A stretch of 64,000 nt of DNA from Bacilli bacterium (GTDB lineage: Bacteria; Bacillota_I; Bacilli_A; RFN20; CAG-826). Below, in pieces: positions 13,690 to 23,000 of the stretch; position 1 is the first letter of the stretch; each line of letters starts with the position of its first letter. The stretch spans positions 43,613-107,612 of the forward strand of contig JAKSVH010000002.1 of assembly GCA_024408085.1 (NCBI GenBank), in the 5' to 3' direction. The translations under genes were made by a program, and so were the position numbers. The notes beneath the pieces were generated by a model. It searched no databases, was not told the origin of the DNA, and was given only the letters and a program-made list of their open reading frames with translations.

Positions 13690-14238
13690 TTAGCAAATGC
13701 TTTTTGTAGGAAACCTATAATTCACTAATAAAAATGGCTTATATAATATAAGCATAAGTGCTATTACAAACCCTGCGCTTGGGCCAATGTACGAAATGTT
13801 ATAAATGAGTGCTGGAACAAGAGCATATTCATATAAAACGATAGAAGAAATTGTCGCAAAAACGAGTCTACCAACACAGCCTAAAATTAAGGCAATAATT
13901 AAGAACAAAATTCCCTTCCAAGTCGACTTAGATTCGAGAATTGGTTTCTTAAAGAAACCTGCTATTGCAATTGAACCATATCCAAGCAAGTAATCAAATG
14001 GGAAGGTTTGTATTCCCCAACCATCGATTCCGCAGGTAATAATTCCATACACAATTCCGATTCCAATAAATCCCTTAATTGGTCCTCTTCTGATTGCTAA
14101 AATGAAAAGAGGAACCATTGTGAAAGAAATGGATCCACCATTTTGTCCAATTCTAAATTTTAGAAACGGCAAATCTAAAACGATTGCTAATGCAACAAGC
14201 ATTGCAGTCTCTACCATTTCTTGTACCGAAATTTTCAA
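13690..14238 (-). CDS. thiT: ECF transporter S component, thiamine-specific (ThiT), inferred from the upstream TPP riboswitch
   Basis: 182 aa. 6-TM S-component-like protein (MKISVQEMVETAMLVALAIVLD...). The start codon is TTG. A TPP riboswitch lies immediately upstream. A 3' hairpin AAGCATT-agcaa-AATGCTT is at 13655-13680. Confidence 0.65.
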   Translation of the reverse strand: MKISVQEMVETAMLVALAIVLDLPFLKFRIGQNGGSISFTMVPLFILAIRRGPIKGFIGIGIVYGIITCGIDGWGIQTFPFDYLLGYGSIAIAGFFKKPILESKSTWKGILFLIIALILGCVGRLVFATISSIVLYEYALVPALIYNISYIGPSAGFVIALMLILYKPFLLVNYRFPTKSIC

Positions 14239-14246
14239 AATAAAAT

Positions 14247-14362
14247 CCGCCTTTCTTAGCGGACTCCATGTAAAACACTTACCTCCGCTAGCATTACCTA
14301 GATCAGGTTCGGTTTAACTTCGTATCAGAAGTAATCTCAGCAAGGTTACCCAAGCTCCCGTA
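14247..14362 (-). promoter_or_regulatory. TPP (THI-box) riboswitch
   Basis: The minus strand reads ...GGGAGCUUGGGUAACCUUGCUGAGAUUACUUCUGAUACGAAGUUAAACCGAACCUGAUCUAGGUAAUGCUAGCGGAGGUAAG... The conserved CUGAGA and ACCUGAUCUGGAUAAUGCCAGCGUAGGGAA-like blocks match the TPP aptamer consensus. It is located in the 5' UTR of the ECF S-component gene. Confidence 0.8.
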
Positions 14363-14378
14363 AATAATTATAGAATTT

Positions 14379-15035
14379 TTAGTTATTCCAATCAATCTTT
14401 TTTAGATTATTTTTCTCCAAAAATTCGTTACACAAATTGAACTGATTTTCATGGAACCAACCACCATGATTTGCACCCAATGGAGAAGGGTGAGTTCTCT
14501 TAATTACAATATGGTTTTTGTTGGTGATAAATTTCTCATATTTTTGAGCTGGACCACCCCAAAGCATGTAGACGATTGGTTGGTCAATTTTCTCCAAAAA
14601 TCCCAGTAAATCCTTCACAAAACACCCATATTCTTTAATTTTATGAGACATTGGTTCACCTTCTCTGACAGTCAAAATCGTGTTCACCAAGAACACTCCT
14701 TGCTTGGTCAAATAAGTAAGGTCTCCAAGGCGTTTGCAAGGCTTACCAGTTTCGATTTCAATCTCCTTAAAGATGTTCACTAAACTTGGTGGACATTCGC
14801 AAGAATTTGGCACCGAAAAAGCAAGCCCCATTGCTTGTCCTTTTTCGTGATATGGATCTTGCCCAATAACGACAACTTTTACTTGATCAAGCGGAGTCAA
14901 ATTGAATGCGTTAAACATAAGTTCTCTTGGTGGGAAAACTGTGTGATTTGCATATTCCTCATCTAAAAACTGATTAAGGGTTTTCCAATAATCTTTTAAT
15001 TTAACTACTTCAAAGAAATCGTTCCAGTTTTTCAT
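14379..15035 (-). CDS. ung: uracil-DNA glycosylase
   Basis: 218 aa. GQDPYH catalytic motif and an HPSPL leucine-loop motif. Confidence 0.9.
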   Translation of the reverse strand: MKNWNDFFEVVKLKDYWKTLNQFLDEEYANHTVFPPRELMFNAFNLTPLDQVKVVVIGQDPYHEKGQAMGLAFSVPNSCECPPSLVNIFKEIEIETGKPCKRLGDLTYLTKQGVFLVNTILTVREGEPMSHKIKEYGCFVKDLLGFLEKIDQPIVYMLWGGPAQKYEKFITNKNHIVIKRTHPSPLGANHGGWFHENQFNLCNEFLEKNNLKKIDWNN

Positions 15036-15038
15036 ACA

Positions 15039-16355
15039 TTATAAAAACATAACATAATAAATTGGTAAGTGTAAAATCTTTCCTCTCATGAAAACTTGTC
15101 TTTCATTAGAAAGAACAATACCTTTTACCATTTTATAATTTACGTCCTCCAACATTTTTGGCATCGCTTTGTAATTTAAATAGTCCCTTCCAGACTTAAC
15201 TTCAATTGGCAAAGGACACAAATTATCATAATCATCAATAAGGAAATCCACTTCGCCAAATTTTCTTTTATCAAAATAAAATAATTTTTCGTGATGAGCT
15301 AACAATTCTTGTGCAACAACCGTTTCATATACGGACCCCAGATTTACTCCCGCTTGTGTATTAAGGATTGGGTTAATATTATTTTTAAACAGAATATTTG
15401 TTAAAATTCCAACATCATTGTAATAAAGCTTCAGTAAGTTTTTCTCTTGCGATTGTAGTAAGGGAAATTTTGGTTCGGAAATCGCTCTACATTCCAAAGC
15501 AATTCCACTTGAAATTAAATACTCAAATTCATTAGAATACTGTTCAAATTTAGCGTATTTTTTATCTTCAATGCTTTTTATTTGCATTCTCTTTACTTTG
15601 TTTTCTAACGTTGAAGCCATAACGTTGTAAATTCTTTTGATTTTTAGCCTATGTTGGTCATCATATTGAGATGCGTCTTCCTCGTAAAAGCTCTTTATTT
15701 GAGTTTGTGCTTGTCTAACTCTAGCAATATTTTTATCTTCAATGTATGTTTTAACTACTCCAGGCAATCCGCCGACAATTAAATAAGTCTTAAATAATGA
15801 CATATAATAATCATGTATTGCATCTAATTGTGGAGTTAAATCATAAAAAGAAAGTTTTAATGAAGAAATAGCATCTTTGGCAATGCCGTTTGCTAATAAA
15901 AATTCTTCAAAATCCATCGGATACATTCTGATTTTAGAGACTGATCCGACAGGAATTAATGAGGTTCTTCTTAAAGAAACTCCAAGTTGTGATCCACTGC
16001 ATATGTATCTAAACTTGCCGTCTTCTCTTAATGGTTTCAATAGTGTTAATAATTCTGGATAGACTTGAATTTCATCAAGAAAAATTAAAGTATTACTAAT
16101 GTTTCCTAATTTATTTCCATAAAAAGCTGTAAGTTGATTGTAGAACTGTTCAATGGTCTTCACAGAATTAAAATATTTGTTGCCAGCAAAATCGTTTGCG
16201 AGATTAATTTCAATAAAATTTTTAAAATTTTCTTTGCCTATTTTTCTAATAATGTAGGTTTTGCCCACTTGTCTTGCTCCGTCAACTAACAAAATTGGGT
16301 CATTAACTTTGTTAAAGTATTGTAAAATGTCTTGTGATATTTTTCTGTAAAACAT
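15039..16355 (-). CDS. AAA-family ATPase with a DUF4143-type C-terminal domain
   Basis: 438 aa. Walker A motif GARQVGKT. Overall AAA_14 plus DUF4143 architecture. The stop is 4 nt upstream of ung. Confidence 0.7.
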   Translation of the reverse strand: MFYRKISQDILQYFNKVNDPILLVDGARQVGKTYIIRKIGKENFKNFIEINLANDFAGNKYFNSVKTIEQFYNQLTAFYGNKLGNISNTLIFLDEIQVYPELLTLLKPLREDGKFRYICSGSQLGVSLRRTSLIPVGSVSKIRMYPMDFEEFLLANGIAKDAISSLKLSFYDLTPQLDAIHDYYMSLFKTYLIVGGLPGVVKTYIEDKNIARVRQAQTQIKSFYEEDASQYDDQHRLKIKRIYNVMASTLENKVKRMQIKSIEDKKYAKFEQYSNEFEYLISSGIALECRAISEPKFPLLQSQEKNLLKLYYNDVGILTNILFKNNINPILNTQAGVNLGSVYETVVAQELLAHHEKLFYFDKRKFGEVDFLIDDYDNLCPLPIEVKSGRDYLNYKAMPKMLEDVNYKMVKGIVLSNERQVFMRGKILHLPIYYVMFL

Positions 16356-16364
16356 ATATTTTCT

Positions 16365-16480
16365 CCACTTTTCAATAAGATTATATACCGTTTTTCTCCA
16401 CTTTTCAATAAAAATTGTTGGTCATTTTTGCCACTTTTCAATAAAAATTTTGCTTCATTTTTGCCACTTTTCAATAAAAT
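16365..16480. repeat. four copies of a tandem direct repeat, period exactly 33 bp, core CCACTTTTCAATAA(A/G)A
   Basis: Cores start at 16365, 16398, 16431 and 16464. Copies 3 and 4 are nearly identical (TCATTTTTGCCACTTTTCAATAAAA). The repeat lies in the divergent promoter region between the AAA ATPase (minus) and the glycosyltransferase operon (plus). Confidence 0.85.
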
Positions 16481-16526
16481 ATGTTATTTGATATTTAGAC
16501 CATTTAATTTATAATTGAATTGGTCT

Positions 16527-17600
16527 ATGAAAAAAGTCTTAATTGTCTTCAATCATCCTGCTCCATACAAAGTTAGATTATTTAATGAATTATCTAAAAC
16601 TTTCGAATTGCACGTAATTTTTGAAAGAGAAAAAGCAAGTGACAGAAATAATAAGTTCTATTTTGAAAATGAATACAGATTTTTCCACCACCATGTTAAA
16701 GGTTTTCCTCTAGGAAGAGAAAATTTCATCTCAAATAGAATTATTCGTCATATCAAATACAGAAAATATGATCTTGTTATCATGAATGGTTACTCAACAT
16801 TCGCTGAGATGAAGACAATTCGTTATCTTAAGAAAAACAAAATCCCGTATGTCTTCTACATCAATGGCGGAATCATTAAACCAAACGAATGCAAATTTAA
16901 GAAAAATCTAAAAACAAAATATATTTCTGGTGCGAAAGCTTATTTGTCACCGGATGAAAACTCAAATAAATATTTAGAGTACTATGGAGCAAACCCAAAA
17001 GTAATCTATAACTATCCATATTCCACAATCTATGAACACGAACTAACAAAACTTCCAAAAGCTGAAAGTGTTAGAGTCTTTGATAAGGTCTTTATTTCCT
17101 CTGGTCAACTAATCAAAAGAAAGAACTACATGAGCTTAGTTAAGGAATGGAAAAACTATCCTGAAAACTATGGTTTATATATTTATGGTGACGGAAAAGA
17201 GAAAAACAAAATTCAACGATTTATCCAGGAAAACCATATGAAAAACGTGGTTTTAGCGGGTTTTTTGAATCATCATAAGATGTTAGATTCCTTCAATGAC
17301 GCTGACGTTTTCCTCTTCCCATCTAATGAAGATATTTATGGCCATGTCGTCAATGAGGCACTCTCTCAAGGTATCCCGGTAATCTCAACTAAAAAGGTCA
17401 ACGCATCCTTGAAACTTATTAAAGACAAATACAACGGTTTCTTGCTTGATGAGCTTTCTGGTCAACCACTTAAAGATGCAATCGAATTCTGCTTAAACAA
17501 CAATCTAGCAGCAAACTGTGTTGAGTCTGCAACTCCATACACAATTGAAAAGTCTGCAAACGCACATGTAGAAATTCTTAATGAGGTCATGAGCAAATGA
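16527..17600 (+). CDS. glycosyltransferase family 4 (GT-B fold)
   Basis: The C-terminal half has a GT1/GT4 donor-binding pattern (FLFPSNEDIYGHVVNEALSQGIPVIST). The ORF track starts at TTG 16515, but the first ATG is at 16527 (MKKVLIVFNHP). Confidence 0.65.
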   Translation: MKKVLIVFNHPAPYKVRLFNELSKTFELHVIFEREKASDRNNKFYFENEYRFFHHHVKGFPLGRENFISNRIIRHIKYRKYDLVIMNGYSTFAEMKTIRYLKKNKIPYVFYINGGIIKPNECKFKKNLKTKYISGAKAYLSPDENSNKYLEYYGANPKVIYNYPYSTIYEHELTKLPKAESVRVFDKVFISSGQLIKRKNYMSLVKEWKNYPENYGLYIYGDGKEKNKIQRFIQENHMKNVVLAGFLNHHKMLDSFNDADVFLFPSNEDIYGHVVNEALSQGIPVISTKKVNASLKLIKDKYNGFLLDELSGQPLKDAIEFCLNNNLAANCVESATPYTIEKSANAHVEILNEVMSK

Positions 17601-18766
17601 ATGTATTAATTTTTTCAGGTGCTATGACCGAACACGATTTTGCAACTTTTCAAAGTGAAGCAAAAATCAAACCAAATCCATCAAATCAAAACTTTTATTC
17701 AAAACTTATAAAATGTATAGCTTTAAGAAACAATGTTTCTGTTATTTCACATAGACCATTCGTAAAAGGCATGACAAAGGATAAATATCTTGAATCAGAT
17801 ATTGTTACAGAAGGTAATGTTAGATTCTTCTATACTTATAGAGAGACTTCAAAAGTATATAAAGTTCTTAGAGAGCAAAATGAAATAATTAAAAATGCTC
17901 ATAGAGCAATCGAAGAATTCCACAGCAATGATTTTATCATTGTGGTAGATACTCTTCGTTTAAGCTTACTTAAAGCTGCTAAAAAGGTAGCGGCTGAATA
18001 CAACGTTAAGATTGTTGGAATGTTAACTGATAATCCTTCTAATCTTTCTGGTGGAATTAAATCATATGTTTCTCAAATAAAACGCTTGGTGCGTTCATTA
18101 GATGGTTATTTGGCATTAACAGACGGGCTTGTCCAAGTCTTTAATGGTTATAAACCATCTTATGTTTTTGAAGGACTTGTTGATTCTCCAGACGTTTTCA
18201 AAAAAGATCCTATTTATGATTATTATTTCTTCGCAGGTTCATTATATGAAAGATACGGAGTTAAAACTTTAGTTGATGCATTCCATGAATCAAATATTAA
18301 GTCAAAACTTGTTGTAGCAGGCGCAGGCCCGCTCGCAAAGTATGTTGAACATCTTTCATATGATGATTATAGAATTTTGTATTTACCGCAACTCTCAAGA
18401 GACAAGATTCTTGGTTATGAAAGAAACGCAATTGTAAACATTAATCCAAGACCTCTAGATCCTAAATTAGATAACGAATCAGTTCCGTCTAAGTTAATTG
18501 AGTACCTTTCAAATGGTCAACCAGTCTTGTCTACAAAGTATCCAAAACTCTATGGACCATTTAAAGATGATGTTTTTTGGATTGAAGATTCATCTTTAGA
18601 AGGTATGAGAAGAGCGCTTGAAGAATTCGCTAAGGCTGATATTAATGATGCAAAAAGAAAAGCCTACATTGCTAAGATGAAGGCTTTCGAATTCTATGGT
18701 TTGGAAGTTCAATCAGAATCAATTGATCACTTCTTAACTTCCATTAATTCATCAAGTAATAATTGA
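17597..18766 (+). CDS. glycosyltransferase (GT-B, family 4-like)
   Basis: 389 aa. 4-nt ATGA overlap with the upstream GT gene. Glycos_transf_1-like C-terminus (PSKLIEYLSNGQPVLST). Confidence 0.55.
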   Translation: MNVLIFSGAMTEHDFATFQSEAKIKPNPSNQNFYSKLIKCIALRNNVSVISHRPFVKGMTKDKYLESDIVTEGNVRFFYTYRETSKVYKVLREQNEIIKNAHRAIEEFHSNDFIIVVDTLRLSLLKAAKKVAAEYNVKIVGMLTDNPSNLSGGIKSYVSQIKRLVRSLDGYLALTDGLVQVFNGYKPSYVFEGLVDSPDVFKKDPIYDYYFFAGSLYERYGVKTLVDAFHESNIKSKLVVAGAGPLAKYVEHLSYDDYRILYLPQLSRDKILGYERNAIVNINPRPLDPKLDNESVPSKLIEYLSNGQPVLSTKYPKLYGPFKDDVFWIEDSSLEGMRRALEEFAKADINDAKRKAYIAKMKAFEFYGLEVQSESIDHFLTSINSSSNN

Positions 18767-19914
18767 GTTAGTTTTTCGGTAGTAAAATTAGCTTCAAAAT
18801 ATTGCTTATTATTAAGACCTAACTGGTCTTTTTCTTTTTGATCCATCACAATGATTTTATTAATAATTTCCCCAATTTCCTGGGCATTTTCCCCTGCAAA
18901 AACCGCACCTTTTGCATTTTCGAGCAATGTTTTGGAGTCTCCTTGAACAACACCAATGATAGGTTTTCCGTACTTCAAATATTGGATGGCTTTATTTGGT
19001 ATTGTCTTACCAACATAACCATCATTTTTAAGAGAAACAATTAAGGCATCTGCATTCGCAAAATATGCTTCTGCTTTTTCAATTGGAAGATTACCGTGGT
19101 ATTCGACCTTATCTCCAAGTCCATCCACCACAATTTGTTTCTCAACTTGTTTAAGTAAACTTCCTGTTCCAAGTAAATGTAATTTAATGTCGTAGCTCTT
19201 AACAAATCTCATTGCTTTTACAAGGGTATCAATCATTTGCATACTTCCAATGTTGCCAGCGTACACTAGATTTGTCTTATTTTGGTATTTAATAGGCTCT
19301 TCTTCTTTAGAAGACTTAATGACTGGTTGATTTACCACATTGAAAACTTTGTCTTCTATATGAAGCTCTTTTTCAAAATATTCTTTAAATGATGGAGATG
19401 AAATTACAATACGATCAAATTTCAAATAAATAGATTTGCTCCACTTATATAAAATCTTGTGTGCAAGTGAGTTTCTTCTAACTTGTCCAGTTACTACTGC
19501 AGCTTCTGGCCAAAGGTCTTGGCAATAAAGAACGCTTGGGACTTTATGTTTCTTTGCATAAAGTAATGCAGGTGCTACTGAAATAATTGGAGAAAGCGAA
19601 ACACCTAAAACAACATCAAATTCTTCTTTGAAGTGTCTTACAAATCTTTTGGCATTTCTATGAAATGATAAATAATTACGAATCAAAGATCTTCTGGAGT
19701 CTTTTCTTGCAACTAATTTAACGCGGTGAACTTTAACACCATTAATTTCTTCATACTTAATGTCTTTGTATTCAGGAAGTATTTCTTTAAAGCCATAATT
19801 TGGTTTACCAGTTAAAACTGTTACTTCATGCCCAAACTTCACTAAAGTTTCCGCAAAATCAGTAACAGAGAATCTCTCTGGATAATAATACTGGCTTACA
19901 AGTAATATTTTCAT
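18727..19914 (-). CDS. glycosyltransferase family 4
   Basis: 395 aa. N-terminal MKILLVSQYYYPE and C-terminal EX7E-like region typical of GT4. 40-nt convergent overlap with the plus-strand GT gene. Confidence 0.75.
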   Translation of the reverse strand: MKILLVSQYYYPERFSVTDFAETLVKFGHEVTVLTGKPNYGFKEILPEYKDIKYEEINGVKVHRVKLVARKDSRRSLIRNYLSFHRNAKRFVRHFKEEFDVVLGVSLSPIISVAPALLYAKKHKVPSVLYCQDLWPEAAVVTGQVRRNSLAHKILYKWSKSIYLKFDRIVISSPSFKEYFEKELHIEDKVFNVVNQPVIKSSKEEEPIKYQNKTNLVYAGNIGSMQMIDTLVKAMRFVKSYDIKLHLLGTGSLLKQVEKQIVVDGLGDKVEYHGNLPIEKAEAYFANADALIVSLKNDGYVGKTIPNKAIQYLKYGKPIIGVVQGDSKTLLENAKGAVFAGENAQEIGEIINKIIVMDQKEKDQLGLNNKQYFEANFTTEKLTQLLLDELMEVKK

Positions 19915-19977
19915 ATCTGTCTAGTATTATATACTTCATAAATATTATTTAATATAAAGAAAGTGCTTATACGCACA

Positions 19978-20020
19978 ATAAAAGATCAACTTGCGAGTTA
20001 ATCGTAGAGGTTGATCTTTT
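19978..20020. terminator. hairpin AAAGATCAAC-[19-nt loop]-GTTGATCTTT, 3' of giant lipoprotein gene 1. Copy A of a conserved element.
   Basis: 10-11 bp palindromic arms with U-rich flanks on both strands. The same element, loop included, recurs at 27727-27774. Confidence 0.55.
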
Positions 20021-20029
20021 GTAATTTAA

Positions 20030-23000
20030 TTAAGCGGTTTTTGGAATTCCGTAAGTAATGCTTATGCTAGAAATACGGAATGCACCGGCTGCTACGATTT
20101 TTCCATCTGTAACAACTTTCTTAGCTGCAAAGGAATATGTAAATGGATTAGCAATGCCAATTGAACCACTACCAGCTGTTTTTTCAAAAGAAACATTAGT
20201 AAATGTTGAGTTTTCAAAATTTGAACTGGAATTATTGGTTAATTGAACATCAATAGCCAAAATAACATAGTTTTCGTCAGCTAAATCAAACACAATTTCT
20301 TGACCTTTATAAAGTCTTATTTCAGGTGTAGCTTCACTTCCAATGTATTGTTGATCTGTATTGCCAACAACCGTGTTAGATGAGCCTTTATTGACGGCAA
20401 CACTTACATTTTCGTTTGTCCAAACACAAGAATTGTTTCCTAGTGGATCTGGTGTAATTGTTCCATTAAAGTTAATTGTTTTTGTGACTTGATTGTAATC
20501 ATCCTTATTAAAACCACTACTAGCTTCAACGGTGACTACACAAGTTGCAACTTTGCCATCGACCGTATATGTGATGTTTGCTGTACCAGCTGCAACTGCG
20601 TGAACAACACCATTAGTTACTGTTGCGACTCCTTCTGCATCAGATGCCCAAACTGCTGATTTTGCTTCAGCATCAGCTGGGGAAAATGTTGGAACTAATG
20701 TGACGTCATCATCACCTACTGTCATAGCAAGTTCTGTTTTATCTAAAGTAACACTTTCAACTGCTGGAGCAACATAATCAACAAAACCAAGTTCGATTGA
20801 AGCAAAGTAAATTGTTCCGTTTGTTGCTTTTAAGCTAAAGTATGTTGAACCTGCTGCTGGTTTAATAACGACACTGCCAACAGCGTTAATTGCATATGAA
20901 CTTCCGCTTCCTAATGCAATTTCATTTCCTGTAGGACTTGCTGAATCACCGAAGAACATAGATGCCTTGGCAGAATCTGCAGCAGCCTTAGATATTTCAA
21001 GTTTTACATATTTAATTTCTCTACTAAATGCATAATTGTTGTGAAGTTCACCGCCACCATCCTTCTTCATTTGGATGCTACTATTTCCTTTCATTGCACT
21101 AATGTAAGAGAAGTTACCGTCTGCTGTTGTTGTTTCTGTTGTAACATATGAACCAGTTAATCCTAAACTATCTGGAGTTAAGGTAAATGTATCAACTTCA
21201 GTAACATCAATCTTCTTTTCGGTTGCTGAAACTGTAACGACACATTCAGCATATTTAGTTGTGTCTGCTGCAGAAGTACAAATGACTGTTGCTGTACCAA
21301 CTGCTTTTGGAGTAACTACACCATTTTCTAATGTTATACAATCATCAGAATCAGCTTTAATTGACCAAATTACTTCTTTATTTAAAACTGACGAAGGATT
21401 GATTTCTGGAACTAAAGTAACTGGTTCAGAAGTTGGAGTTAAATCAAGAGTAGTTTTATCTAGTGATACTGATTCAACTGGAATTACATATTCCGGAATT
21501 TCATCATAGACAATCTCAATGTCAGATAAGTTTGTTACTGCATCTTTTGAACCCACAATGTAGAAATATGAACAACCTGCTGGAACTGTGTATACATTAT
21601 CAACAGGATTTAATACATTATCTGTTGTCTTGAGTTCATCGCCAGCATAGACTGTGACAGAACCTGCACTAACACTAAATCTAATTTCAGAAAGACCGGA
21701 AATTGGGGAAACATTCCATAACTTACCTGCGTTCTTTTGGAATTGAATTGTTCCGCTGTTTTTATTAACTTGATATGTTTCAAATAGTAATCCGCTTCCA
21801 TCTGCTGCATATCTAGCAAAGTTGTTCTTATCATATGAACTACCCGGGAAGTCGTTTGTATTAGTAATTGTTGTTTTTGTTAATACTGTGACTTCACAAG
21901 TGTCTGTAAACGAACCATCTGTTGTTGTAACAGTGATTGTTGCTGTGCCTGGTGCAACTGCTGTGATTTCACCATTTTCATCAACTGTGGCAATACTTGT
22001 ATTGTTTGATAAATATGAAACTGACTTATCATATGCATCTGCTGGAGATACTGTAACATCGACAGTTTCTTTATCGCCGGTTGCAAGTGTAATTGAATCT
22101 TTTGCAAATTCAACACCTGTAACTGCAACTTTTGATTCTGAAACATTAATTTCACATGTATCAGTAAATGAACCTTGTGATGTTGTAACTGTAATTGTTG
22201 CTTTTCCAACACCAACAGCTTCAATTTCGCCTGTGTTTGTATCAACAGAAACAATTTCTGGATGATCTGAGGAGAATGTACAGTTTTTATTTGAAGCTGT
22301 TTCAGGCATAACGGTTGCGACTAATGCCCCCGTTTCACCTAATTCCATTGTTAATTCTGACTCGTTAAGAGAAACACCACTTACTTTGGTTACATCAATA
22401 ATATTTACAGAAACTAATGCAAGGTTTTTGGAGTTTGTCTTAGTAAATGCAATTTTTACACCGGAAATTCCTTCACCCGTGATAACAACTGATTTTGTTG
22501 TTGCTAATTCTAATACCTTGTCTAAAGAACCTGCATTTGTAAAGTCTGGGTTAAATGTTGCAGAACTTACAACTTCACCAGCATCATTTAAGGCATAGAC
22601 AGTAACAACGTATTCAGCACTCGTGCTAGTATTTACAATTGAAGTAACATCAACTTGAATTGCGGTCGTATCTTCAAAGAGTTTAATTGATTGTACATAT
22701 TCGTCTTTAGCTCTTAAACCATAAACCTTATCATTTAAATATGCTTCACCAGTACCAGTCCAAACACCATCTGGGAATACAGGGGAATTTGTTTCAGAAT
22801 CCCAAGAGAATGAACCGTTATATGGTAACTCGTGTTTTACAGCCGCTGTAACGGTAACAACACATTCAGCATATTTTGATTCATCATCATCAACCTTAAC
22901 AGTTATTGTTGCTTCGCCAGCACCAACTGCTGTGACTTTACCGTTTTGATCAACGGTTGCAACAGTTTCGTCTGAGGAACTCCATGTGTGTTCTGGATGA

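Noticed and set aside
16286-16474. 62-aa minus-strand ORF with LLKSGKN repeats
   Set aside because: It is a translation artefact of the 33-bp (11-codon) tandem DNA repeat. It overlaps the start of the AAA-ATPase gene in another frame and has no independent start signals.
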